From contig CP179889.1 of the NCBI GenBank assembly GCA_047456315.1, positions 1 to 54,965 on the forward strand: a stretch of 54,965 nucleotides of DNA, in the 5' to 3' direction. The notes beneath the pieces are model-generated. The model did not search any database, was not told the origin of the DNA, and was given only the letters and a program-made list of their open reading frames with translations. Source of the stretch: Candidatus Nealsonbacteria bacterium (lineage in GTDB: Bacteria; Patescibacteriota; Minisyncoccia; Minisyncoccales; JANBVM01). Positions 36,440 to 45,649 of this stretch are shown here, one piece after another. Within the stretch, counting starts at the first letter, position 1, and each line of letters begins with the position of its first letter. Position numbers and translations under genes: made by a program.

Positions 36440-39400
36440 TTAAATATTGGTTAATGAATTCTTTTTAATTTTAAATTCTTTTCTGTCTTTAAACTCTCTT
36501 TTTTTACCATCATTCCACTGTGATACAGGACGAATGTAACCAACTATCCTGGAATAAACCTCGCATGGCTGCTTAATAGCACATTTTGGACAGTAAAAAT
36601 GCTCGCCTGATAAATAGCCATGAGCAGGACAAATAGAAAAAGTAGGGGTTATGGTGATATAGGGAAGATGGAAATTTTCAAAAACTTTTTTAACCATTGC
36701 CTTAACAGTAGAAACATCAGAAATATTTTCACCCAAAAACAGGTGCAAAACTGTATTATGAATAAAGACCAAACAATCTTTGCCTGCCAAGTAATTATGA
36801 TTTTTCTTTATCATTAAATCGTAAAATTGATTATCTTTTACATTCACTTTAGAAGCTTCTTTCACTCGTACTACAGGAAGGTGGCGCTTTTTTCTGTCCG
36901 ATAGATCGTCTCTAATTCTTAACGGATTGATCGTAGGATTTAATTTTGCCTTTCTTCGAGTTGCTTCATAAGCAGGAATTATTAATCTAAATCCATTCTT
37001 TTCGTTTTTTCTTTTAGTGAACTTATTAAATTTGGAAATTATAATACCTGCTGTACTGCAAACTTCTAAAATGTCTTTAGCTAGATTGGCAGATACTGTA
37101 AAGTATTCAATAGATCCATCTCTTGAAATATTACCATCACTATCAATTAATCCACCTAAAAGAGCAAAAATGTTATTCTTTCTAATGTTGTTCTTTACTT
37201 CTTGAGGAATAAAAATGTTGTAGACTTTTTTTCCGGCCTTAAATCCATATTTAAAGAAAAACTCCCAAACCTCTCTTTTCGACGTTGAAACTTCTCTTAG
37301 AAAAGCGCTTCGTTTATCGTTACGAATTACATTCGCCTTGCAATCAAAATATTTGGAAAGTATTTGGCTTACTTTTCTTAAAGATTTTTGATCAGAACTA
37401 AAGAAACGCACTCTATACCTCTTTAAACTATTTCCTCCTCGATTATCAATAAATTTTGAAATACAACCGTCTCCAATAAAAAACCCAATCAACCACATTA
37501 AGTCATCATTTAATTGAGAAATACTGTCAGGATATAAATTGTAAGAATTTTGAAGAATGTAATCTCCTGACTTTAACTCATCAGCTCTTTTCTCTACTAC
37601 TTTATATTTAGGTAAAACTTGATATTCTTCTCTGCATTCTTTATTCCATCTTAAATGAGTAGCAAAACCTTTGATATTTATGACTTTTTCCTGGCATACA
37701 GGGCAACTAGGATTAATTTTAATTCTTTCCAAAACAAAGAATGGATGCCAATTAGAAGTAGTAATGTCTAAATTTCTTTCTCCTTTCACTCTAATCTTAT
37801 TATGCTTTTTAACATCAATTTTTATTGCCTCCAGAATTTCATCCCATTCAGCTATTTCTTTTTTAACATTGTAGCTTAAAGCTTTAATCGGTTTTAATTC
37901 TTTAAAGTTATTAACAATATCTTCTATTGGCAACAATCCTTTATCAGTTAATACATTATTTCCTTTCTCAATACATCCACCGCTATACTTACACTGAATA
38001 TCATCTTGAAGCTTAAGGGCTTCAAAAGGGTCAGTAGTATAATTAACCGGCAATTGGCTTGAATTTGTATAATAAGGCGTTTTTTCTGTTCCAGCAGCAA
38101 TAATATCAGGATATTGTTTTTTATCCTTTAGAGCCAAGCGATAGGCTGTAGATTCCGCTGGTGTGGCCTCTAGATTATAAATATTATTAGTTTCGCTTTG
38201 GTATTTAACTAGTTTTTTCCTCATAAAATCCATGACTTCTAAGGAAAACTTTCTTCCTTTTCGTGAAGTAATATCTGTTCCAATAAAATTAAGCAAAGCC
38301 TCATTCATTCCAACCAGCCCAATAGTTGCAAAATGATTAGCATAATAGGCATTTCTCATTGTTTTAATGCCTTCCAAATAGTACTTTGAGTAAGGATAAA
38401 GCCCTTTTGTAATATAGTTTTCCAAAAGCTTTCTTTTAATTTCCAAACTTTCTTTTGCTAAATCCATTATATCTCCTAACCTTCCAAAGAAATCTTTTTT
38501 AGTTTTTGATAAATAACCAATTCTGGGCATATTAATCGTACACACTCCTATCGAGCCGGTTAAAGCTCCTGCGCCAAATAATCCTCCTCCGCCACGATTA
38601 TGAAGTTCTTTTAAGTCGAGGCGAAGCCTGCAACACATTGACCTAACATCCTCTGGCTTCATTTCAGAATTAATATAATTAGCAAAATAATTAGTTCCAT
38701 ATTTTCCTGAAGCCTGAAAAATTAAGTCAAAAGCAGGGTCGTCCCATGGAAAATCCTTTGTAATGTTTATAGTTGGAATAGGAAAATGGAATGGCTTGCC
38801 AGTCTTATCACCCTCAATAATTATTTCATAAAATGCTTTATTGAAAACTTTCATTTCCTCTTCAAACTCAGCATAGGTTTCTTTTTGAGCTTTTCCGCCA
38901 ATAATAACAGGCTTATCGGCAAAAGAAGGTGATGGTTTTAAATCTAAAGTAATATTAGTAAAAGGGCATTGAAATCCCACTCTTGTAGGGACTGCCATGT
39001 TATAGAGAAATTCCTGCAAGGATTGTTTAACTTGAGTATAATTTAAATTATCGTAGCGAATAAACGGAGCTAGCAAAGTATCAAAATTAGACATAGCAAC
39101 AGCTCCTGCTACTTCACCCTGGAGAGTGTATAAAAAGTTTATCGTCTGACCTAAAGCAACCCTAAAATGCTTTGCTGGTCTTGATTCTACTTTACCTATC
39201 ACCCCGCCAAATCCTTTTATCAAAAGATCATATAAATCCCATCCAGAGCAATAAGTACCTAATGTATCTAAATTATGTATGTGAAAATCTCCTGATAGAT
39301 GAGCGTGCCTGATTTCTTTTGGATAAACTTTATTAAGCCAGTACCTTTTAATAATATATGAAACACCATAGCGGTTTAGCCCCTGAAGAGAAAAAGCCAT

Positions 39401-39799
39401 ATTAGCATTTTCCTGAACTTCCCAGTCAAGTTTTCCCAAATATTTATCAATCCTATCTACTGCTTCTTCGCTAACTTTCACTGCCTCTCTTATTCTTCTG
39501 CGCTGTTCTCTATAAAGAATATATGCTTTGGCAGTTTCAACCAAGCCATCTAAGATTAAAACTTCTTCCACAATATCTTGGATTTGTTCAACATGAGGTG
39601 TTTCGTCTTTCTTAAACCTTCTGTTTAAGATTTCAATTATTTCTTTGGTTAGCTTTTTCGATTTTTTTCCATCTCCCTGACCAGTAGCAGTAATGGCTTT
39701 AAAAATTGCATTAGAAATTTTCTCACCATTAAAATCAACAATTGTCCCATCTCTTTTTTGGACTTTCATGGTTTTAGTCTGAATAATCTTCTGACTCAT
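36440..39799 (-). CDS. nrdD: Anaerobic (class III) ribonucleoside-triphosphate reductase NrdD, interrupted by an intein
   Basis: N-terminal ATP cone (VQKRDGTIVDFNGEKI), the class III core, a C-terminal Zn ribbon (CPAHG...CPKC) and the glycyl-radical motif SRIVGYIRP. It is 1119 aa in total, or 712 aa after removing the insert. Confidence 0.93.
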   Translation of the reverse strand: MSQKIIQTKTMKVQKRDGTIVDFNGEKISNAIFKAITATGQGDGKKSKKLTKEIIEILNRRFKKDETPHVEQIQDIVEEVLILDGLVETAKAYILYREQRRRIREAVKVSEEAVDRIDKYLGKLDWEVQENANMAFSLQGLNRYGVSYIIKRYWLNKVYPKEIRHAHLSGDFHIHNLDTLGTYCSGWDLYDLLIKGFGGVIGKVESRPAKHFRVALGQTINFLYTLQGEVAGAVAMSNFDTLLAPFIRYDNLNYTQVKQSLQEFLYNMAVPTRVGFQCPFTNITLDLKPSPSFADKPVIIGGKAQKETYAEFEEEMKVFNKAFYEIIIEGDKTGKPFHFPIPTINITKDFPWDDPAFDLIFQASGKYGTNYFANYINSEMKPEDVRSMCCRLRLDLKELHNRGGGGLFGAGALTGSIGVCTINMPRIGYLSKTKKDFFGRLGDIMDLAKESLEIKRKLLENYITKGLYPYSKYYLEGIKTMRNAYYANHFATIGLVGMNEALLNFIGTDITSRKGRKFSLEVMDFMRKKLVKYQSETNNIYNLEATPAESTAYRLALKDKKQYPDIIAAGTEKTPYYTNSSQLPVNYTTDPFEALKLQDDIQCKYSGGCIEKGNNVLTDKGLLPIEDIVNNFKELKPIKALSYNVKKEIAEWDEILEAIKIDVKKHNKIRVKGERNLDITTSNWHPFFVLERIKINPSCPVCQEKVINIKGFATHLRWNKECREEYQVLPKYKVVEKRADELKSGDYILQNSYNLYPDSISQLNDDLMWLIGFFIGDGCISKFIDNRGGNSLKRYRVRFFSSDQKSLRKVSQILSKYFDCKANVIRNDKRSAFLREVSTSKREVWEFFFKYGFKAGKKVYNIFIPQEVKNNIRKNNIFALLGGLIDSDGNISRDGSIEYFTVSANLAKDILEVCSTAGIIISKFNKFTKRKNEKNGFRLIIPAYEATRRKAKLNPTINPLRIRDDLSDRKKRHLPVVRVKEASKVNVKDNQFYDLMIKKNHNYLAGKDCLVFIHNTVLHLFLGENISDVSTVKAMVKKVFENFHLPYITITPTFSICPAHGYLSGEHFYCPKCAIKQPCEVYSRIVGYIRPVSQWNDGKKREFKDRKEFKIKKNSLTNI
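36755..37975 (-). mobile_element. Intein (407 aa) with a LAGLIDADG homing-endonuclease domain inside nrdD
   Basis: It begins at Cys (KYSGG|CIEKGNNVLT, codon 37975-37973) and ends in His-Asn followed by Thr +1 (LVFIHN|TVLHLF, Asn codon 36757-36755). Block B is TSNWHPFF. There are two LAGLIDADG motifs, LIGFFIGDGCIS and LLGGLIDSDGNIS. The length is an exact multiple of three. Confidence 0.88.
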
Positions 39800-39808
39800 A
39801 ATAATTAC

Positions 39809-39837
39809 ATTTTACTTCAATAAAAAAAGCCGGTCAA
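39809..39837 (-). promoter_or_regulatory. Promoter for nrdDG, with the -10 box 9 nt from the ATG (candidate leaderless)
   Basis: The minus strand has TTGACC (39837-39832), a 17-nt spacer, TAAAAT (39814-39809), GTAATTATT, then ATG at 39799. Confidence 0.5.
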
Positions 39838-39886
39838 ATTTCGACTAATTGAATTAAAGCTTTAACTTATCCACAGGAACAAAAAT

Positions 39887-40825
39887 TCAAAAACCAGTGA
39901 CAATAACCGTTACTTTTATTTCTCCTTTCTTTAACTGTTCATCCTGAACAGCGCCAAAAACAACTCTTGCTTTTGGATTAATTTCTTTTGTAATCAGTTT
40001 ACCGATTTCCTCAATTTCAAACAAAGATATATCTTCACCGCCAGAAACATTAAACAAAACTCCTCTTGCGCCTTTAGGTCTGATATCTAAAAGCGGAGAA
40101 TTCAAAGCAAGAGCTGTTGCCTCTAATGCTCTTTTCTCGCCTTGCGCTTTTCCCATGCCAAACAAAACACTTCCAGAATTTTTAAGAATTGATTTTACAT
40201 CAGCAAAATCAATATTCACTATTCCTGGCAGCATAATCAAATCAGAGATTCCTTTAACTGCTTCTCTTAAAACATCATCGCAAAGCCAGAAAGCATTAAG
40301 AAGCGAGGTTGTGGGGTCTAAGTAATGAAACAATCTGTCGTTTTTAATCACTAAAAGCGCGTCAACTTTTTGCTGTAGTAATTTCCTGCTGCTTTCTGCA
40401 ATTCTATTTCTGTAAGCTCCTTCAAAAGAAAATGGCAAAGTAGTAATTGCCACTGTTAAGGCGCCTGTTTTTTTAGCAATTTGAGCAACAACAGGGCTAG
40501 CACCACTGCCAGTTCCACCTCCTAGTCCTCCTGTAATAAAAATCATATCAGCTCCTTTTAATGATTCATAGATTTTATCTTTGCTTTCTTTTGCTGCCAA
40601 TTCACCAATTAAAGGCTTCATGCCAGTTCCCAGTCCTTGAGTTATTTTTTCTCCAATTCTTAATTTCACATCGGCATGAATCTTTTTTAAGTCCTGAAAA
40701 TCAGTATTCATTGCAATTAATTCAACTCCTTTAATTCTTGACTTTTTCATTCTTGATATAGCATTGCCGCCTGAACCGCCAATTCCTACCACTTTAATGT
40801 TTGTTGTTAATTTTTTCATTTTCAT
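39887..40825 (-). CDS. ftsZ: Cell-division GTPase FtsZ, core-only (no C-terminal linker or tail)
   Basis: GIGGSGGNA, the tubulin signature GGGTGSGASPVVA, and an ending ...KVTVIVTGF. 312 aa. Its start overlaps the ftsA stop (ATGA). Confidence 0.93.
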   Translation of the reverse strand: MKMKKLTTNIKVVGIGGSGGNAISRMKKSRIKGVELIAMNTDFQDLKKIHADVKLRIGEKITQGLGTGMKPLIGELAAKESKDKIYESLKGADMIFITGGLGGGTGSGASPVVAQIAKKTGALTVAITTLPFSFEGAYRNRIAESSRKLLQQKVDALLVIKNDRLFHYLDPTTSLLNAFWLCDDVLREAVKGISDLIMLPGIVNIDFADVKSILKNSGSVLFGMGKAQGEKRALEATALALNSPLLDIRPKGARGVLFNVSGGEDISLFEIEEIGKLITKEINPKARVVFGAVQDEQLKKGEIKVTVIVTGF

Positions 40826-42027
40826 GGAATAAAAATTCTAAACATTTTTTTAATTCTAGAGCCAAACCTTTTTCCAAAACCAGAACTCTGTTCTTTTTCT
40901 TCTTCATCAACGCCTAAAAGAGCCAAGCCGCAGGCAGTTGCCCAGCTTAAGTCTCTTTCAATCCCTATTATTCCTTTTGGCTTGCCTAAAAAGCAAGGGA
41001 GACAGAATTTCTTTTTTGCCAAGTTAACAATTTTTGGCAGCTTTGCCCCACCCCCAACCAGCACCACTCCGGCTGGAAGCCTTTTTTCTTTTGAAATCTT
41101 TTTAAGCTCTTCATTAACTTGCTCAAAAATCTCTGAAACTCTAACTGCAATAATTCTTGTTAAAAATTTCTGTGAAAAAATTAAAGGATCTTCTTCTGTT
41201 GTGATCTTCTGTTTAATGTCTCTACCGCTAAAAACACAGGAGCCATATTTAATTTTAATTCTTTCTGCGCTATCAATATCAGCGTACAGGCCAACAGCAA
41301 TATCAGAAGTAATATTGCCCGAACCTATTGGTATTACTGCTAGATGAATTAAGCTTCCTTCTTCAAAAACAGCTAGATTTGTAATGCCAGCTCCAATATC
41401 AACCAAAGCAACACCAAGTTCTTTTTGTTTTTCAGTTAATGATGAGCGGGCTGCTGCTAGAGCAGAGGGCACTAAGTCAAGCACCTCTAATTCAGAGTTT
41501 AAAAGCGCCTGTCTGGTGTTTTGAAGATATGGAGAAAATCCCCCTAAAGCCAGAATTTCTGCTTCCAGTCTTACCCCTTCAAGGCCAATAGGCTCTTTTA
41601 TACCTCTCTCTCCGTCAACAATAAATTCTTTTGGCGAAATATCAAAAATTTCCTTATTTAAAGGAAGGCTGATTGCCTGAGCTGCCTGAAGAACTCTTTG
41701 AATATCCTGCTCCGAGATCTTTCTGTCAGCTCGAGAAACTGAAACTAATCCACGAGAATAAGTAGAAAAAATATGGCTTCCGCTTAAGCCAACATAAACT
41801 GAGTTGATTCGTTTACCAATATCCTGAGAAACTTTTGAGAAAACATTTTTTAATACATTTGATATTTTATCTACATTAATCACTGTTCCTTTTCTAATAC
41901 CATCTGATTGCTCCTGGGTTGTTAAAACAACCTTTACTTTGTTTTCTTTTGTGCTCTTTTGAACACTTAAAACTCTTACACTTGAAGACCCTATATCCAA
42001 ACTAGTTATTATTTTTTCTCTTGGCAT
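40822..42027 (-). CDS. ftsA: Cell-division protein FtsA
   Basis: SLDIGSSSVRVL, DIGAGITNLAVF, VLVGGGAKLP and a C-terminal amphipathic tail KRFGSRIKKMFRIF. Confidence 0.92.
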   Translation of the reverse strand: MPREKIITSLDIGSSSVRVLSVQKSTKENKVKVVLTTQEQSDGIRKGTVINVDKISNVLKNVFSKVSQDIGKRINSVYVGLSGSHIFSTYSRGLVSVSRADRKISEQDIQRVLQAAQAISLPLNKEIFDISPKEFIVDGERGIKEPIGLEGVRLEAEILALGGFSPYLQNTRQALLNSELEVLDLVPSALAAARSSLTEKQKELGVALVDIGAGITNLAVFEEGSLIHLAVIPIGSGNITSDIAVGLYADIDSAERIKIKYGSCVFSGRDIKQKITTEEDPLIFSQKFLTRIIAVRVSEIFEQVNEELKKISKEKRLPAGVVLVGGGAKLPKIVNLAKKKFCLPCFLGKPKGIIGIERDLSWATACGLALLGVDEEEKEQSSGFGKRFGSRIKKMFRIFIP

Positions 42028-42461
42028 TTGATTATTGAAAAGTATAAGGATAAATAATAATTTTCCTTGCTTCTCATTTCTTTTTCTTTTTTGTCTGATT
42101 TTTCATGACTATACCCTAGAAGGTGCAAAATGCCGTGGATCAGTGCTCTGGATAATTCTTTTTTAAACGGAGGATTGGTATTCTTTTTAATAAAGTGCGG
42201 GCAGATAACCACTTCACCTAATATATTTTTAAATTCTTTTATTTTCCCTAAAAAATCTCTGGTCTCTGAAAATGATAATACATCAGTTGGCTTATCTTTT
42301 TTTAAATACTTTTTATTCAAGCCCCTTATTTCTTTTTCTGTTATGAAAGCTATTGAAACAATATGCTTTTCTTTATTTTCGCCCTTTAAAACAGCTTGGC
42401 TAACTTTTTTAAAAAACTTTTCATCAAGAGTTAAACCTGAGAGATTGTTTATCTCAATCAT
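42009..42461 (-). CDS. ybeY: rRNA maturation endoribonuclease YbeY
   Basis: HGILHLLGYSHE metal-binding motif (HxxxHxxGxxH). 150 aa. Confidence 0.9.
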   Translation of the reverse strand: MIEINNLSGLTLDEKFFKKVSQAVLKGENKEKHIVSIAFITEKEIRGLNKKYLKKDKPTDVLSFSETRDFLGKIKEFKNILGEVVICPHFIKKNTNPPFKKELSRALIHGILHLLGYSHEKSDKKEKEMRSKENYYLSLYFSIIKCQEKK

Positions 42462-42463
42462 AA

Positions 42464-42964
42464 TTAAGAAAGCAGCTCCTTAACAATTTTTGAAATCAAA
42501 CTTCCACTTGCCTTGCCTTTAACTTTTGGCATTAATTCTGACATCACTTTTCCCATATCCTTAATGCTTTCTGCTTTTGTTTCTTTAATAATCTCCTCTG
42601 CTAGTTTTTTGATCTCTTGCTCTGTAATCTGCTGGGGCATATACTTTTTTAAAAATTCAAGCTCCTGCTCTTCTTTTTTCACCAAATCATCTCTGTTTCC
42701 CTTTTTAAATTCAGTAATTGATTCTTCTGATTTTTTTGATTTTGAAAGAATAATATCTAAAGTTTCTTCATCAGTTAAAATGCTTTTTTCCTCTAATTCT
42801 TTGTTAGTAAAATCTGGATTTTTTTTGCTTAACTGATATCTTCTCTCTTTTTCTTTATTTATAATATCAGCTTTTAATAATCTTAAAACTGAAACTTCAA
42901 TTTGTTTTTTTTGCTTGAAAGCGTTTTTAAAGTCATTCTCGATTTTACTCTTGAGTGTATCCAT
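42464..42964 (-). CDS. GatB/YqeY domain protein
   Basis: 166 aa. The N-terminus IENDFKNAFKQKKQIEVSVLRLLKADI is typical of YqeY-like proteins. Confidence 0.75.
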   Translation of the reverse strand: MDTLKSKIENDFKNAFKQKKQIEVSVLRLLKADIINKEKERRYQLSKKNPDFTNKELEEKSILTDEETLDIILSKSKKSEESITEFKKGNRDDLVKKEEQELEFLKKYMPQQITEQEIKKLAEEIIKETKAESIKDMGKVMSELMPKVKGKASGSLISKIVKELLS

Positions 42965-42988
42965 AAAACAGAATAATAAAGATATAAT

Positions 42989-43228
42989 TTATCTTCTTCT
43001 TCTAACGCCCTTTTTTAGAATACCCAGTTTTTTCATTCTCTGGTATTCTTTTCTTTTTTCTTCTCTTCTTAAGGCGGCTCTGTTTTTAAGCTGGCGGGAC
43101 TTTTTTCTTTGCTTGTACTTTCTTTTTCTTGCCCTAATCAAAACCCCGCTTTGCTTAACTCTTCTGCTAAAGCGCCTTACCAAGCTTTGTGAGTTTTCTC
43201 TTTCTTTTTTTGTTACTTCTAAAGCCAT
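42989..43228 (-). CDS. rpsU: 30S ribosomal protein S21
   Basis: 79 aa, highly basic, with ESLVRRFSRRVKQSGVL-type S21 signatures. Confidence 0.85.
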   Translation of the reverse strand: MALEVTKKERENSQSLVRRFSRRVKQSGVLIRARKRKYKQRKKSRQLKNRAALRREEKRKEYQRMKKLGILKKGVRRRR

Positions 43229-43244
43229 GTGTTTAACTTATTAT

Positions 43245-43601
43245 TTATGGTGTTTTTTGAGTATGCATTTTTTCTTCAGTTTGCCAACCTCCTAAAAGAT
43301 GGAGGTGAAGATGATCTATTATCTGACCTCCTCCTACTCCAACATTAAATGCTAGCTTATAACCTTTATCCTTTATACCAACCTGTTCTGCTATTTTCTG
43401 GGCTGTCAAAATTAAATCTCCAATTAATTGTTTATGCTTTTCTTTCAGATGATTTACTGACTCAATATGCTCTTTAGGAATAATTAGAATATGAACTGGA
43501 GCTTTTGGACTTATATCTTTAAATGCAACAAAATTATCATCCTCATAAACTATTTCTGAATTCTTTTTTTTCTCTGCAATTTTGCAAAATATACAATCCA
43601 T
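43245..43601 (-). CDS. HIT-family (histidine triad) nucleotide hydrolase
   Basis: CIFCKI and the HLHLHLLGG histidine triad. Confidence 0.9.
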   Translation of the reverse strand: MDCIFCKIAEKKKNSEIVYEDDNFVAFKDISPKAPVHILIIPKEHIESVNHLKEKHKQLIGDLILTAQKIAEQVGIKDKGYKLAFNVGVGGGQIIDHLHLHLLGGWQTEEKMHTQKTP

Positions 43602-43615
43602 AAGAAATTAACAAA

Positions 43616-44902
43616 CTATTTTATCTTTTTCTTAATCTCATTTACCACTTTATCCAAACTCACTTCCTGCTGCTTTCCTGTTTTCATTTCCCTTATAATG
43701 ATGGAGTTTGCTAAAGCTTCTTTCTGTCCCAATATTAAACTGTATTGGACACCAATCTTATCTGCAATTTTGAGCTGTGCGCCTAAAGAATCACGCCCCA
43801 AAGAAGAGTGAAACGGTATATTTGCTTTTCTAAACTCTTCTGCTAATTTCAAGGTTCTTCTTTTTGCCAGACTACCAATCTGAGCTAAAAATATTCTTGA
43901 TCCTGGTTTTTGAGTAAGTTTCCTGCCCCGTTCTTTCATTAAAAGCATTATTCTGTCAACACCTCCTGCAACTCCTACAGCTGGTGTTGGTTTACCTCCT
44001 AAAAGTTTCACTAGACCATCATACCTTCCTCCGCCAGCTAAAGCAATAGTGGTTAATTCTGAAGAATCTTTCTTTTTTTCTTGAACAAAAAACTCAAAAA
44101 CTGTGCGTGTGTAATAATCCAAGCCTCTAACCATACGAGGATTTAGATTATATGGCAGTTCAAGTTCGTCTAAAAACTCAAGAAATTCCTTAAAATGCTT
44201 TCTACAATCATTACAAAGATGATCAATCGTCTGAGGAGCCTCTAAAACTGTTTTCTGGCACTTTTCCTGCTTGCAATCCAGCACCCTTAATGGGTTTTCT
44301 TTTACTCTTTTTTTACAGTTAGCGCACAAACTATCAGTTCTTGATCTAAGATAGCTGACCAAAAGTTTCTTGTAATAAGGCCTGCAACAACTGGCACCAA
44401 TACTGTTTACTTCAATACCTATATTTTTGATTTTAAGGTCTTTTAAAATACTGTATGTAATCTGTACAATTTCAGCATCAATAGCTGAACTTTCCTCACT
44501 CAAAACCTCTAAACCAAACTGCCAGAATTGACGAAACCTTCCTGCTTGTGGTTTTTCGTGGCGAAAGTAAGGCCCAAAATACCAGAGTTTTACTGGCTTA
44601 GGCAGATTTCTCATGCCGTTTTCTATATATGCCCTGACAACCGAAGCAGTTCCTTCAGGTCTTAAGGTTAAATAATCCCCGCCCTTTGTCCTTAAGGTAA
44701 ACATTTCTTTTTTAACTATATCTGTAGAAAGACCTATTCCTTTTGAAAAAAGATCTCGCTGCTCCAATATTGGGGTTTCTATTCTTTCAAAACTGTAAAA
44801 ACCTGCAATCTTTTTAACAGCATCATTAATCTTTTCATAATATCTGTAATCTTCCTCTAAAATATCATGCATTCCTGTTGGCGACTGAAATTTTAATCTC
44901 AT
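43616..44902 (-). CDS. hisS: Histidine--tRNA ligase
   Basis: Class II motifs (LRPEGT, FRHEKPQAGRFRQF, GGGRYDGL) and a C-terminal anticodon-binding domain. Confidence 0.95.
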   Translation of the reverse strand: MRLKFQSPTGMHDILEEDYRYYEKINDAVKKIAGFYSFERIETPILEQRDLFSKGIGLSTDIVKKEMFTLRTKGGDYLTLRPEGTASVVRAYIENGMRNLPKPVKLWYFGPYFRHEKPQAGRFRQFWQFGLEVLSEESSAIDAEIVQITYSILKDLKIKNIGIEVNSIGASCCRPYYKKLLVSYLRSRTDSLCANCKKRVKENPLRVLDCKQEKCQKTVLEAPQTIDHLCNDCRKHFKEFLEFLDELELPYNLNPRMVRGLDYYTRTVFEFFVQEKKKDSSELTTIALAGGGRYDGLVKLLGGKPTPAVGVAGGVDRIMLLMKERGRKLTQKPGSRIFLAQIGSLAKRRTLKLAEEFRKANIPFHSSLGRDSLGAQLKIADKIGVQYSLILGQKEALANSIIIREMKTGKQQEVSLDKVVNEIKKKIK

Positions 44903-44907
44903 AAATT

Positions 44908-45450
44908 TTAGTAAACTGGAGCTTCTATTTTAGCTAAAGCTGTAAATGGCCAGGCTCTTAAGTAAACCTTGCCAACAATAAATTCTCTTGATAATGCTCC
45001 CCAACGCCTTGAATCAGAAGAAAAAACCCTGTTATCTCCTAATACAAAATATTCATCCTCTGATAATGAAGCCTTTATTGCTCCCCCTGTATAGCTATCA
45101 GGCAGATAATCTGATTCATCTAAAATAAACTTTTTATTTTCATCAATAATGCTTATTTGCCCATTTTCAATAATTATTGTTTCACCTGGAAGCCCAATTA
45201 TTCTTTTAATATAGCGTTGGGTAGGGCTTTGGGGGTATTTAAAAATAACTACCTCTCCTCTTTGAGGATCTCTAAATCTATAAGTAATCTCATCAGCAAT
45301 CAAATAATCACCATTAAAGAAACTAGGTTCCATTGATATGCCCTGAACAAAAAAAGGCTGGAAAATAAAATAACGAATAGGAAACACTATAATAATAGCT
45401 AAAATAACTATTTTAATAGTTTCTAATAAAAAAACGAAAAAGTCCTTCAT
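44908..45450 (-). CDS. lepB: Signal peptidase I
   Basis: N-terminal TM, catalytic Ser box GISMEPS, Lys box KRIIGLPGE, GDNRVFSSDSR. Confidence 0.92.
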   Translation of the reverse strand: MKDFFVFLLETIKIVILAIIIVFPIRYFIFQPFFVQGISMEPSFFNGDYLIADEITYRFRDPQRGEVVIFKYPQSPTQRYIKRIIGLPGETIIIENGQISIIDENKKFILDESDYLPDSYTGGAIKASLSEDEYFVLGDNRVFSSDSRRWGALSREFIVGKVYLRAWPFTALAKIEAPVY

Positions 45451-45459
45451 AATACGCCT

Positions 45460-45487
45460 ATTTTACCAGTTTTTTACGACTTGGCAA
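45460..45487 (-). promoter_or_regulatory. Promoter for the lepB-hisS... operon, with the -10 box 9 nt from the ATG (candidate leaderless)
   Basis: The minus strand has TTGCCA (45487-45482), a 16-nt spacer ending in TGg, TAAAAT (45465-45460), AGGCGTATT, then ATG at 45450. Confidence 0.5.
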
Positions 45488-45634
45488 GGTTAGATTAAAT
45501 AAATATGAATAAAAAAGGAGAATTAGGTAAAACCTAGCCCCTGTTATTCATATAATTAAGAATGCTGGACTCTGATATATAACGTTTTCAGATTTATCAA
45601 TGTGAAAATAAATAAATGCATTATTGAAAAGAAA

Positions 45635-45643
45635 TGATATAAT
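45635..45643 (+). promoter_or_regulatory. Extended -10 promoter TGaTATAAT for pth, 6 nt from the ATG (candidate leaderless)
   Basis: TGATATAATCAAACT then ATG at 45650. No SD. Confidence 0.5.
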
Positions 45644-45649
45644 CAAACT

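Noticed and set aside
39800-39886. NrdR-box repressor sites upstream of nrdD.
   Set aside because: I looked for the paired palindromic NrdR-box pattern and found none. Only a TTGACC-17-TAAAAT promoter is visible.
40982-43295. Plus-strand track ORFs 40982-41347, 42130-42483, 42513-42836 and 42915-43295.
   Set aside because: Each is antisense to a confidently identified minus-strand gene (ftsA, ybeY, yqeY-like, rpsU). They have the low-complexity Ser/Phe/Leu-rich composition typical of shadow ORFs in AT-rich DNA.
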